Assembly (NCBI RefSeq): GCF_000014265.1
Contig: NC_008312.1
Coordinates: 1,320,001 to 1,352,000 of the forward strand
From: Trichodesmium erythraeum IMS101
GTDB taxonomy: Bacteria > Cyanobacteriota > Cyanobacteriia > Cyanobacteriales > Microcoleaceae
Direction: 5' to 3'
Length of the DNA stretch: 32,000 nucleotides
The position numbers and the translations under genes are program-made. The notes beneath the pieces are model-generated. The model was not told where the DNA came from, did no database searches, and saw only the letters and a list, made by a program, of their open reading frames with translations. Below, one piece after another: positions 1 through 10,520 of the stretch; position 1 is the stretch's first letter, and each line of letters starts with the position of its first letter.

Positions 1-188
1 AGATAACCACTACAATTATTATAATTGCCTAAGTCCTGTAAGCCGACATAATTAAAATACTAAATAATAATTATTATTATTGTTATCTACTTTTTTTTCA
101 ATTACAAATTGACCTGCTGAATATGGGCTAGAAAACAAAAAATTCTCCACTGATAAACTGAGTCTTAATTTAATTGAGGATAATCAGA

Positions 189-2276
189 TTAAAATATAAT
201 ATCATCATTAAAATTATCCCCTTCATTTTCTTCTGGTTCATCTATACCAACATGGCTATTTTTAGATTTTTGACTCTGAACATCAATAGATAAATCAGAA
301 GACTCAGATGTTGCAGGTAAATCAGTTTTATCTGCTTGATCTATTTTATCTGGCAATTTAATTGATTTTATATCTACTATTTCTCCCTTAAAAAAATTAA
401 CTATCCGACGAGTAGCGATCGCCACAGAATCTCTTTTTCCTTCAGGATATTTTTCCTTTTCTACCAAATCATTCAAAGGTGAATTAGGCAGAGAAAAATT
501 TGGGGTAGTTTTCTTTTCTTTCTGGGAGTTGCTCGGATAGGAAACTGGGAAATTTTCTGGTTCATCTTCGGCAATTTTATCATCATAATTAGAGTTTTCT
601 TGCCTTAGCTTATTATTACTGTTTAGCCTTTCTCTTGGACTATGATTCGGATAAATATTTTCACGAAAACTATGCTGTTTTTGTTGAGAATTTTTTACCT
701 CTACTTTTACTTTTACCGAAGTCTGAAAAATTTTCTCAAACGCAGCTTCAATATTAGGAATTTTATGAATAACCATTTTCTCTAAATTCTTAGAGCTAAT
801 ACCAATACGCGCCAGTTCATTATTATACCCTAATAATATGACTTGTTGACTTAATAAAGCTTGTGTACTGTGTGGTTTAACTTCTGCTAGAACTTTTTCC
901 CAAATATTCTGTAATTCTGATTCATTCTTAATCTTGTCAGTTTCTAATGAATCTGACGAAGATTTTTTTGCTGTATCATTAGTTGAAGAAGTAAAAAAAT
1001 CTTCACTTTTAGGAGCAATAGGAACTTCTTTAGAAACTTCTTTTGGTTCTGAGATTTGCTGTTTTGGTTTTTCAGAAATCGGTTTTTTTGTCAGGGGTTG
1101 TGATAAATTTTTGGAAGTATTTTTAACAGAAACATTCTGACTTATATCTCTAGTTTCTTGTTTTTCCAACTGGTTAAATTTCGGTAATGCAGAAGGTAAT
1201 AACCCTAATAAAGTTACCTCCAACCATAAACGAGGTTGAGTAGTATTTTTAATTTGTACTTCCGATGTTTGTAAATGCTTTTGACCAGCTAAAATAGTTC
1301 CAATATCCCAGTCTTGAGAAAATTGACAAAGCTTTTCCCAAGTAGGTTTTGTCAAGGCTACTAAATTTTTACTTGTTGGTGCTGTTTTTGCTATCAATAA
1401 ATCTCGGTAAAACCCTGCCAAATTTTGCAATACAATAATTGGTTCCTTACCCCGATCCATAATTTGGCGAGTGCACTTCAATACTTTTATGGAATTATCC
1501 GCAGCGATCGCTTCTACCAGTACCATTAAATCTCGTTCCGGCACCGCCCCCACCAGATCCCAAACTCGTTCAACCGTAATTTCTCCTGCCAACAAACTCA
1601 ACTGATCTAGCAAACTCTCTGCATCTCTTAACCCACCCTGAGCAATTTGAGCTATCATCTGTATCGCTTCAGTTGTAATATCAATTTTTTCCTCAATAGC
1701 AATATGATGTAAATGCTTGACCATTGCTTCAAGAGGAATTCGGCGAAAGTCAAAACGTTGGCAACGGGAAATAATAGTTGCTAAGACTCTCTGTGGATCT
1801 GTAGTAGCCAGGATAAATACTACTCCCTTTGGCGGTTCCTCCAAAGTTTTCAGTAAAGCATTGAAGGCAGACACAGACAACATGTGGACTTCATCTATCA
1901 CATATACTTTATAGCGACACTGCACAGGTGCAAACTGGGATCTTTCAATTAATTCCCTAATGTTGTCCACACCAGTATTGCTAGCAGCATCAATTTCTAT
2001 AACGTCCAGTGTTGACCCTTTTGTAATTCCTACACAAACATTACAAGTGCCACAGGGACTCGGTGTAGGGTGGTCATAGGACAGACAATTGAGAGATTTG
2101 GCCAAAACCCGAGCACTAGAGGTTTTGCCTGTGCCTCTAGGTCCTGTAAATAGATATGCTGGGGCGATGCGTTTGGTATGGATGGCATTAGTGAGAGTTT
2201 GGGCAATCACATCTTGACCCACTAAGTCTGCAAAGGTTTGAGGACGATATTTATGATGAAGAGGTTCGTAAGCCAC
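189..2276 (-). CDS. dnaX: DNA polymerase III subunit gamma/tau
   Basis: 695-aa ORF with a GTG start. N-terminus MAYEPLHHKYRPQTFADLVGQ, Walker A GPRGTGKTS, Zn module CGTCNVC, Walker B IDEVHML and sensor motif SRCQRF. The C-terminal half is long, low-complexity and rich in K/S/E/N. Confidence 0.95.
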   Translation of the reverse strand: MAYEPLHHKYRPQTFADLVGQDVIAQTLTNAIHTKRIAPAYLFTGPRGTGKTSSARVLAKSLNCLSYDHPTPSPCGTCNVCVGITKGSTLDVIEIDAASNTGVDNIRELIERSQFAPVQCRYKVYVIDEVHMLSVSAFNALLKTLEEPPKGVVFILATTDPQRVLATIISRCQRFDFRRIPLEAMVKHLHHIAIEEKIDITTEAIQMIAQIAQGGLRDAESLLDQLSLLAGEITVERVWDLVGAVPERDLMVLVEAIAADNSIKVLKCTRQIMDRGKEPIIVLQNLAGFYRDLLIAKTAPTSKNLVALTKPTWEKLCQFSQDWDIGTILAGQKHLQTSEVQIKNTTQPRLWLEVTLLGLLPSALPKFNQLEKQETRDISQNVSVKNTSKNLSQPLTKKPISEKPKQQISEPKEVSKEVPIAPKSEDFFTSSTNDTAKKSSSDSLETDKIKNESELQNIWEKVLAEVKPHSTQALLSQQVILLGYNNELARIGISSKNLEKMVIHKIPNIEAAFEKIFQTSVKVKVEVKNSQQKQHSFRENIYPNHSPRERLNSNNKLRQENSNYDDKIAEDEPENFPVSYPSNSQKEKKTTPNFSLPNSPLNDLVEKEKYPEGKRDSVAIATRRIVNFFKGEIVDIKSIKLPDKIDQADKTDLPATSESSDLSIDVQSQKSKNSHVGIDEPEENEGDNFNDDIIF

Positions 2277-2773
2277 AATTAGGAATAAGAATTATTTTGA
2301 ATATTTAGTTTAGATAAGGTTATAACCAATACAACTTTACTAGATTTTATTCAATAGAAAGACTTTTATGTTTCTTGAGAGCTTTCGTTTCACAATTTGT
2401 ATATTTTCTTTATTCATATTAAACAGTATATTTATAAATATACAGATAGTAGCTTAAATATTAAAAGTCTCTTAAAAAATCAGCTTAATTTTTACACTGA
2501 AATTAATGGAGGTATAGCTTAAATTATAGTTTTTCAATTATGAGGTATTAGAGTCTTAGAAATATTTGTATTTTGATTAACTTGGTTAAAATTTATAACT
2601 TAATTCAGCCTCTTAATTTCCATAAGAATACAAAATTTATACAAGGATTACACTGAATTAATTAATATCATAGACTAGACCATCAAGGTAATTGATATAA
2701 GTATATATATTATAAGTTATTTAGTAATTATTTTCAACCAACCTATAGTTTTTAGGAGAATCAATAGTTTCAA

Positions 2774-2884
2774 ATACAGCATCTGATCCAGCAAATAATG
2801 TACAAAGTAAATGCTGAAAATATTGTAGTGTAGGCATCTTGCCCGCCATTTGTGTACCTCACCGACAACACCGAACCGCTGTAT
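2774..2884 (-). ncRNA. Candidate structured RNA (orphan paralog of the metE-leader element)
   Basis: 111-nt element closed by a 7-bp helix ATACAGC/GCTGTAT. About 75% identical to 23567-23674 across its GC-rich core. Minus-strand promoter-like TTGAGA (2912-2917), 16-nt spacer, TATACT (2890-2895) places a start at the first helix. Several inferred pairs are G-U only on the minus-strand transcript. Confidence 0.35.
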
Positions 2885-2984
2885 CTACAAGTATAATTAT
2901 TAGGTATTTATTCTCAAAACATTAACTCCCTGATTTTTAAGCTTAAACTTCTGTAAATTCATCGTTAAATTATTCGTAGAGTTT

Positions 2985-3788
2985 ATGTTAACACCTATTA
3001 TTGTCGTGGAATCAAGATTAGCCCAAGTTTCTCCACCTCCAGAACCAAATTTGCTCAAAATAGAATATGTTTGGATGGGTGTATCTGGATTACTATTAAT
3101 ATTACTAATTATTTTGGGCATCTTTCACAAAGCAAAAATCAAAGGATTTAATAAAAAACTTAGCTTAGAAGTATTTAGAAATAAAAACCTCCAACAAAAG
3201 TATAAATTAGCTTTAGCAACCATAGCCAAAATGGAAAAAAATCCTGACCTAATCCATTCTCGGGAATTTAACTTAGATTGCTTAAGAATGCGGATGGAAG
3301 AGGAAGCTTTCAACTTTGGTATTGTGAACCAAATTAAGGAAAAAGTAAAACAGCACATTAATATAGCACTCCAGCCTAATTCAAGTATAACAGGAGAGAA
3401 AAGAAATCCGAATGATCAAAAAATTAATTCAATATTTGAGGTAGAATACAAGACTGGAGAAACAGGTAAAAACCAAATAAAAAGAGTATTATTTCGGGTC
3501 TCAATTAAACTGAAAAAGTTATCAAATCAGGTAAGTTATCAAACTATTAATCAAATTATTGATTGTTTAGAAACCTATTTGAGTCCTAATAATGACCATG
3601 ATAATTGGACTCCTACTATTCAAGGTCAGATTGTACATATTGATTGGGATAAAAAGGCAAAACCAGTACCAATGTTGGTAGTAGAACAATTTAATGATGA
3701 GGTAATATTACGTACTAACAAATCTATTTTAAAAAGTCCTACTGCATTACAACCAGAACTACCCGCAGATTCAAAAAAGTATCACTAA
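2985..3788 (+). CDS. Hypothetical membrane-anchored protein
   Basis: 267-aa ORF with one hydrophobic helix (GVSGLLLILLIILGIF) followed by a K/N-rich soluble part. No family recognised. Alternative start at ATG 3075. Confidence 0.5.
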   Translation: MLTPIIVVESRLAQVSPPPEPNLLKIEYVWMGVSGLLLILLIILGIFHKAKIKGFNKKLSLEVFRNKNLQQKYKLALATIAKMEKNPDLIHSREFNLDCLRMRMEEEAFNFGIVNQIKEKVKQHINIALQPNSSITGEKRNPNDQKINSIFEVEYKTGETGKNQIKRVLFRVSIKLKKLSNQVSYQTINQIIDCLETYLSPNNDHDNWTPTIQGQIVHIDWDKKAKPVPMLVVEQFNDEVILRTNKSILKSPTALQPELPADSKKYH

Positions 3789-5405
3789 AGAAGGCACAAA
3801 CAAAAATTATAAAAGGCAAATTTCAAAGTACATAAAATCAAAAATCATTCAAACAGGATTCAAAAAAATTATCAATAAATCCCATAAAATTTACAGGTAT
3901 TTGTGGATGTTTGGAAACTTCTTAAAGAGGCTTTTTTCAGAGATTATATTTGTAGTACTATAGCAGTACTTTAATATTTTTCACGGCAAAAATGCTATTA
4001 ATTGCTCTTTTGGGTTAGGGGGAATACATCGCTATTACTAAAAATGATTCAAACAAAAGATAGATCATGGCATTAGTTGATTACATCTCAAAAAAATTAC
4101 CTTAATTATATAAGGGTTTGAGACTATTTTGAATTTATGTTTTGCCCAAAGCACCGATAGTATTAAAATCCTTTATAGTGCTCAATGCATATAATAAACA
4201 GCTCTATTTTCAGTTTAAACAACTCAGTTAGCAACATCATAAATAGGATAATCCTGGGTCATCAGTAATAGCTATCGCCACTATAATACTTTTCTCAACC
4301 AGTTTATTAATCTACATACTAGATATTGGGACCAAAACTACCACCTTAGCTAGAAAAAACACTTAAATATAGACGGGCAAAGCTTTTGACCTCAGAAAAG
4401 TCTAAATCCTAAATCAGCAGGAGTTCTAGCTATTTTTAGAGTATCGACGTAATTATATTGTCCCGAACTCTGGCTTTAATACATTGACCAGAAAATGTTA
4501 AGTATCACTATTTCTTCTAATCCTACTATCTGCTTAATAAAATTGGTATGAAACATCACAAATTGCCATATTAATTTTTACTTCCTATTTCCACTAAAGC
4601 TGTAGGTGATTATGAACTCATCCAGGGGCTCTAAACAGCAGTTCTTTACCATGGCGCTCCTCCTTTTTTTTCAAGATTTACTTCAATCTATCTTTCCACT
4701 CGGGTAGGACTTAGGCATGTTGTATTAAATGTCCCTACTTTATTTAATAGATATCTCCGAAAAATAAATATATCGTGATATAGTAAGAAAGTATGTTATT
4801 TTAGCCTGGAAATTATAAGTAGTATATTAGAGCATATTCAGAGTCATTCTCAAGAAGCACAAAGTTTATGGGGAATTAAGTATTAATAACTATAAAAATT
4901 ATTAAAATAAGCAATAAAATGACAGGAATAAAAGCAGGAGTTAGCATCAACCAAAAAGGTAATAATTATTGGAGCAGGTGGTGATAGACTACCTAAATTA
5001 TCAGCATCATAGCAAATTATTTTAACCTTAACTTATTTAATAAATTTGACAACATTTTAACTACTAATAGTTCAATTTGGAGTCAGTGAAACTATTGCTA
5101 ATGATATCTTTAATAACTACAGCCCAATAATTGGGTAATTGTTATTAGCAAATTTATAAGAGGTAAAAAAAACTCTAGTGACCCTAGTGGTTAATAAATT
5201 TTTAGCAAGTTTCAAAAAAATATAAGTTAATGATAGATAGCTATGGGCAAACCATAGAAAAATTAAGGGTATAAGAAAAACAAAAAATAATATTATTAAG
5301 GAAAAAAAAGTAATACAAGAAAAAGTTAGGTAATTGTGTTGCTTTCAGGTAAATATATTGTTGATATAGAAGCTGGAAAACCAGGAAAAAAAAGTAATAT
5401 AATCT

Positions 5406-5710
5406 TTGTTTATGAAAACAAAAAAAATTGTTGAAGGACAAAAAATTACCGGAGATAAAGCTTATATGGGATCACTAGCAATAAAAACACTTAAACAAAA
5501 TCCTAAAAATGAAGAATTAAGCAATCAAGAAAAGTCTGAAAATAAAGAGCTAGCATTAGAAAGAATATTTGTAGAAGATATAAGTGAGATTATTAAAAAT
5601 ATGCGGGACTAGCCCCAGAAAGATTGAAGCTAAATTCTAGTAAATATGCACAGATAGTAACTAAATATTTGTGGTCTGGTGAGTTTAGGAATAGGTGCAT
5701 TAATTTTGTA
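5406..5710 (+). pseudogene. Remnant of an IS5-like (DDE) transposase C-terminus
   Basis: The 68-aa ORF contains ITGDKAYMG...P.N..LS..EK..NK.L..ERI.VE..I..IK. This matches the D-GY-G ... E third-acidic-residue region of the transposase at 16.8-17.1 kb. No N-terminal part is present. Confidence 0.4.
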
Positions 5711-6044
5711 ATAATAATTTCTCTTTAATGTACAGATAAATTAGTAAAATTTATAGAGTTACTTCTATGGATAGTTTTTAATAGCAAGTATCTATAATAC
5801 TGATTTTAATGGAAAAATTAACTATCTTATGGAAACTAGCGATTGCTTTTTAAAGGATAGTTATAGTGAGCGTTTGACTATTTTAGGAGAGGTCTAATAA
5901 AAATTTGTATTTATTTAAAATAATAACCAGTTTTGGCATAAGTCCCAAGCAAATTGAAAATTATTGTGAAACTTTTCGACAATTTAGCTAAAATACTAGA
6001 ATTCAGGTGAAAAACTATGTTTACAACTTAGTGAGGTAATACCC

Positions 6045-6278
6045 ATGCCATCCTTTCGAGAAAATTCGTCTGAAAATCCAACAATTACAACCCCCAGTTG
6101 GAAAATTTCCTCTGAGCTTGTCCTCTCCTTGGCCACTGGTCCAGTTTTACTAGGTCTGTTGAGTAATAAAGCTATTAATGAGTTATTATTAGAAATAGGC
6201 CTGTATAGCGAGGAAATATTTCGTGGCGATCGCCTACCAATTCTTAAATTTCCCCAAAAAAACCCATTAGATTTATAA
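6045..6278 (+). CDS. Possible small hypothetical protein (77 aa)
   Basis: ATG preceded by GAGG 8 nt upstream. Local GC rise with a HIP1 site. Hydrophobic stretch LVLSLATGPVLLGLL. It overlaps a longer antisense ORF (5996-6373) that looks like low-complexity noise. Confidence 0.35.
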   Translation: MPSFRENSSENPTITTPSWKISSELVLSLATGPVLLGLLSNKAINELLLEIGLYSEEIFRGDRLPILKFPQKNPLDL

Positions 6279-6506
6279 TTGTATTTAATTTTAATCTTGT
6301 CCAAGGTAAATTTTTTTTGAGCTAAAGGTAAAACCATAATAATTGTCATCCTGTTAAACTGGATGAATTTCAAAGCATCGTCATGCTATCATAATATATT
6401 TACAGCATTTTTCGGGTTTATAAACCACATCGTCACAAGCAAAACCTTATAAAGACGTTCCTGTAGTTTACTAATCATGAAAACCGCTCTCCAGAAAAGG
6501 GGGGGA

Positions 6507-6535
6507 CTTGACAGCTCAATAAAAATTAACTATAC
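6507..6535 (+). promoter_or_regulatory. Near-consensus sigma70-type promoter
   Basis: TTGACA (6507-6512), exact 17-nt spacer, TATACT (6530-6535). Predicted start is near 6542, about 680 nt upstream of the ppc ATG. Confidence 0.4.
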
Positions 6536-7222
6536 TTGTTTAAACTTACACATATTATAGTGACATTGTAACAATATGAGTAATGATCAAAAATTATGTG
6601 AATAAGTAGCTTGAGCTTCCTCGGTATTTGAAGCCTAGGTCGTAGATAAGTTAGAGACTGCGGTCAGTGGTATTCTTTGAAACAGGAAGCCAGCTCCAAA
6701 ACTTATGCAATCACGCCTTATGTAAGTTTGAGTAAGTTTAGTACAACGGAAATCAAGAAACACACTAAAATAAATCCCGTAGGGAAATATGGTGCTAAGT
6801 ACAAGAGGACTTTTTGTTTCTAGCATCCTATGTCTGTAGGAAGAATAACTCAAATATCATGAAAACATGAACCAAACTACGATAAAATTGTCGGAGTGAT
6901 GTAGTGTAAAAGTGTTTTTCCTCGGTAACTTCTACAAGACTTGTGCAGAACTACTATATCAAGTAGGTGTGTTTGATGTTGCGAATCACTCGTGGCCGCT
7001 CACCCCTATTTACTCCATGTATGATTTTATTCCATGTATGATTGTATATTTTGACTAAGTTTTGTTCTATTAATATGTTTGTAGATTTGTACAAACGCAG
7101 ACAAAAACCCTATTAGTATAAGCTATTTTCAGACATTGGTACTATTAAATCCATAATCATGGAGATAAGAGTATCAAAAAATACATTTTTTTGATATTAC
7201 CGATTAAGGAGGAACAGTCAAT

Positions 7223-10200
7223 ATGAGCTCACTACTACACTCAAAAGAAATAACCCTAGAACCAGGGTTCAAAAATCCTAAAATGACAGCTTCAGATCTG
7301 TTTCTACATAATCGAATCAAAATAGTTGAAAATTTGTGGGAATCAGTGCTCAGACAAGAGTGTGGCCAAGAATTGGTAGATATACTCCAGAAGATGCGCT
7401 CGGGTCATTCTCCAGAAGGACAAGCATCTGACTTTCTAGGTTCAGAAATTGAACAACTGATTGAAAAATTAGAACTAAAAGATGCAATTCGGGCAGCTCG
7501 AGCTTTTGCTCTATATTTTCAGCTAATTAATATTGTCGAACAACATTATGAACAAAAAATTCAACAACTAGCTTACTCTCACAATAACAGTCTAGAAAAA
7601 CTAATCTCTAAAGATGATATAGCTAAAGATCATGATACCCGTTCGCTGCGGGTTGAGAGTATACCAGTGTGGAACGATAACAGAATTAAACATGAGGGAG
7701 AGGGTACATTTCATTATTTATTTCCCCTCCTACAGACCCTCAATGTACCATCACAATTAATTCAACGACTAATTAATAATTTAGATATCCGTTTAGTGTT
7801 TACAGCACACCCAACGGAAATTGTTCGTCGTACAATTAGAACAAAACAAAGACGTATCGCCAAAATTCTCCAACAGCTCGATCAAGTAAATGAAAGCCTT
7901 TCAGAATCACACGTAGATGAAGAACAAGTAAATTCTTTAGTGTCATCTTGGAAAATAGAATCCCTCAAAGAACAGTTAACAGAAGAAATTCTTTTATGGT
8001 GGCGTACAGATGAACTACATCAATTTAAACCTAGTGTCTTAGATGAAGTAGAAACTACTCTTCATTATTTTAACGAAGTCTTATTTGATGCTACTCCTGA
8101 ACTACATCGTAGGTTTAAGCAAGCCTTACATAGTTCCTTTCCTTATCTGAAACCACCAAGTTACAATTTCTGTAAATTTGGTTCCTGGGTAGGATCTGAC
8201 CGTGATGGAAATCCTTTTTGTACACCAGCAGTGACTTGGCAAACAGCTTGTTACCAACGTCAGATAGTATTAGAAAAATATCTTAATGCTATTGATCGCC
8301 TCAAAGAACTTTTGAGTTTATCTCTACATTGGAGTGATGTGTTACCAGAATTGTTAGATTCTCTAGACCGTGACCATATACAGATGTCAGAAGTTTACGA
8401 TCAATGGGCAATTCGCTATCGGCAAGAACCTTATCGTTTGAAGTTGTCTTATATCAAAAAGCGTTTAGAAAATACTCGCGATCGCAATGCGCGTTTATAT
8501 AATGGTGATGAAGTTCAAAGACAAAAAAAAGAAGTTCTTTCTCAACGACAAAAACAAGTTCTCTCTCAATATCAAGAAACAAAAAGCATTTATCACTCTA
8601 GTGCTGATTTTCTAGCTGAATTACAACTAATTCAGCGTAACCTCAAAGAAACTGGTTTAAGCTGTAGTGACTTAGAAAATCTAATCTCTCAAGTAGAAAT
8701 TTTTGGTTTTAACTTAGCACGACTAGATATTCGTCAAGAGTCTTCAGTCCATGAAGCGGCGATCCAAGAGATTACTGAATATTTACAAATTCTGCCTAAA
8801 TCTTATATAGAAATGTCGGAGGCAGAGCGGACTGAATGGTTATCAACAGAGTTGCCTACTCGTCGCCCCTTAATTCCCACAGAGTTACCTTTTTCTGAGA
8901 AAACCTGCGAAATAATTAATACTTTCCGAATGCTGCGAGAATTACAGCTAGAGTTTGGTGAAGAAATTTGCCAAACCTATATTATTAGTATGAGTAGGGA
9001 TGTTAGCGATCTATTAGAAGTGTTGTTGTTAGCTCAAGAAGCAGGACTTTATGATCCGGCAACTGGTGCGAGTAGCATTCACGTGGTTCCTTTGTTTGAG
9101 ACAGTGGAAGACTTGAGAAGTGCTCCCAGGGTAATGCACGATTTATTTAAGTTGTCCCTATATCGTGCAGGGCTTGCTGGTGGATATGATAAATTATCAA
9201 AAGAGCCAATTAATGAATTAGTTAACGAAGCTCCTTATTTGCAAGAGGTGATGTTGGGTTACTCAGATAGTAATAAAGATTCTGGGTTTTTGAGTAGTAA
9301 CTGGGAAATTCATAAAGCTCAAAAAGCTTTATACAAAGTAGGGGAAGAGCATGGCATTGCTTTGCGTATCTTTCATGGACGCGGTGGTTCTGTAGGACGT
9401 GGTGGCGGTCCAGCTTATAAAGCTATTTTGGCTCAACCTGGTAAAAGCATTAGTGGGCGGATTAAAATTACTGAACAAGGAGAGGTGCTCGCCTCTAAAT
9501 ATTCTCTGCCTCACTTAGCAATGTTTAACTTGGAAAATGTTACTACTGCAGTAATTCAAGCTAGTTTGCTACATACAGGGTTTGATGAAATTGAAACTTG
9601 GAATCAAATTATGGAGGAGTTGGCAGTGCGATCGCGTAGCCATTACCGAAATCTGATTTATGAACAAGAAGATCTAGTAGAATTTTTCTATCAAGTTACA
9701 CCAATGCCAGAAATTAGTCAACTACAAATTAGTTCCCGTCCAGCTCGGCGGAAAAATGATAAGAAGAAAACAATTTCTGGTTTAAGGGCAATTCCTTGGG
9801 TATTTAGTTGGACTCAAAGTCGCTTTCTCTTACCTGCTTGGTATGGTGTGGGAACTGCTTTACAAGAGTTTGTGGAAAAAGAACCAGAAGAACACCTAAA
9901 ACTTTTGCAATACTTTTATGTAAAGTGGCCTTTCTTTACTACTGCGATTTCTAAAGTGGAGATGACTTTAGCTAAGGTGGATTTGCAAATTGCTCATTAT
10001 TATGTGCGCGAATTATCCAAACCAGAAGACCGGGAACGCTTTGAGACACTGTTTGAAGAAATTACTATTGAGTATCACCTAACACGGAACTTAGTGCTAC
10101 AAATTTCTGGTCATCAACGACCTTTGGATGGAGATCCAGATTTACAGCGTTCTGTACAATTACGTAATGCAACTATTATTCCTCTGGGTATGTTGCAGGT

Positions 10201-10339
10201 AGCTTTGCTGAAACGTCTGCGTCAGCATGATACAGGTACACCTGGTGTAATTAATTCTCGTTATAGTAAGAGTGAGTTATTACGGGGTGCTTTGTTGACT
10301 CTTAATGGTATCGCTGCTGGTATGCGAAATACAGGTTGA
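7223..10339 (+). CDS. ppc: Phosphoenolpyruvate carboxylase
   Basis: 1038-aa ORF with [32 protein letters not shown] and the canonical C-terminus [17 protein letters not shown] lies 10 nt upstream of the ATG. Confidence 0.97.
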   Translation: MSSLLHSKEITLEPGFKNPKMTASDLFLHNRIKIVENLWESVLRQECGQELVDILQKMRSGHSPEGQASDFLGSEIEQLIEKLELKDAIRAARAFALYFQLINIVEQHYEQKIQQLAYSHNNSLEKLISKDDIAKDHDTRSLRVESIPVWNDNRIKHEGEGTFHYLFPLLQTLNVPSQLIQRLINNLDIRLVFTAHPTEIVRRTIRTKQRRIAKILQQLDQVNESLSESHVDEEQVNSLVSSWKIESLKEQLTEEILLWWRTDELHQFKPSVLDEVETTLHYFNEVLFDATPELHRRFKQALHSSFPYLKPPSYNFCKFGSWVGSDRDGNPFCTPAVTWQTACYQRQIVLEKYLNAIDRLKELLSLSLHWSDVLPELLDSLDRDHIQMSEVYDQWAIRYRQEPYRLKLSYIKKRLENTRDRNARLYNGDEVQRQKKEVLSQRQKQVLSQYQETKSIYHSSADFLAELQLIQRNLKETGLSCSDLENLISQVEIFGFNLARLDIRQESSVHEAAIQEITEYLQILPKSYIEMSEAERTEWLSTELPTRRPLIPTELPFSEKTCEIINTFRMLRELQLEFGEEICQTYIISMSRDVSDLLEVLLLAQEAGLYDPATGASSIHVVPLFETVEDLRSAPRVMHDLFKLSLYRAGLAGGYDKLSKEPINELVNEAPYLQEVMLGYSDSNKDSGFLSSNWEIHKAQKALYKVGEEHGIALRIFHGRGGSVGRGGGPAYKAILAQPGKSISGRIKITEQGEVLASKYSLPHLAMFNLENVTTAVIQASLLHTGFDEIETWNQIMEELAVRSRSHYRNLIYEQEDLVEFFYQVTPMPEISQLQISSRPARRKNDKKKTISGLRAIPWVFSWTQSRFLLPAWYGVGTALQEFVEKEPEEHLKLLQYFYVKWPFFTTAISKVEMTLAKVDLQIAHYYVRELSKPEDRERFETLFEEITIEYHLTRNLVLQISGHQRPLDGDPDLQRSVQLRNATIIPLGMLQVALLKRLRQHDTGTPGVINSRYSKSELLRGALLTLNGIAAGMRNTG

Positions 10340-10520
10340 TATGGGAATACTCTCTTCTCTATATAAGGAATAATGTTAAAGAAACTGGGTTTATCGGCTG
10401 GGGAAATAAACCCAATTTCTTGTTTAAGTGGGTAAATTCTGATTTAGTCACTGCTATGAATTTAACTTTTGAGTTTGGAGTTCTGAACTTTAAGTTCGCG
10501 CCTTCTGAGTTTGGAGTTCG

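Noticed and set aside
934-1914. ORFs 934-1140 (+) and 1717-1914 (+)
   Set aside because: Both lie entirely antisense within the well-supported dnaX CDS and have low-complexity translations.
2900-3358. ORFs 2900-3121 (-) and 3125-3358 (-)
   Set aside because: Both lie antisense to the 2985-3788 ORF and to the promoter region of the structured element. Their composition is AT-driven and low-complexity.
5241-5441. ORF 5241-5441 (-)
   Set aside because: The F/Y/L-rich translation is what a poly-A/T tract produces, so it is not protein-like.
5996-6373. ORF 5996-6373 (-), 125 aa
   Set aside because: It overlaps the plus-strand 77-aa ORF, which has the SD-like GAGG. The minus ORF has no start context. 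Neither is strongly supported, and only the plus ORF is listed, at low confidence.
6635-6853. ORF 6635-6853 (-)
   Set aside because: It lies in the putative leader or ncRNA region downstream of the strong plus-strand promoter, with no RBS and no family resemblance.
9329-9514. ORF 9329-9514 (-)
   Set aside because: It lies antisense inside ppc, across its most conserved motif region.
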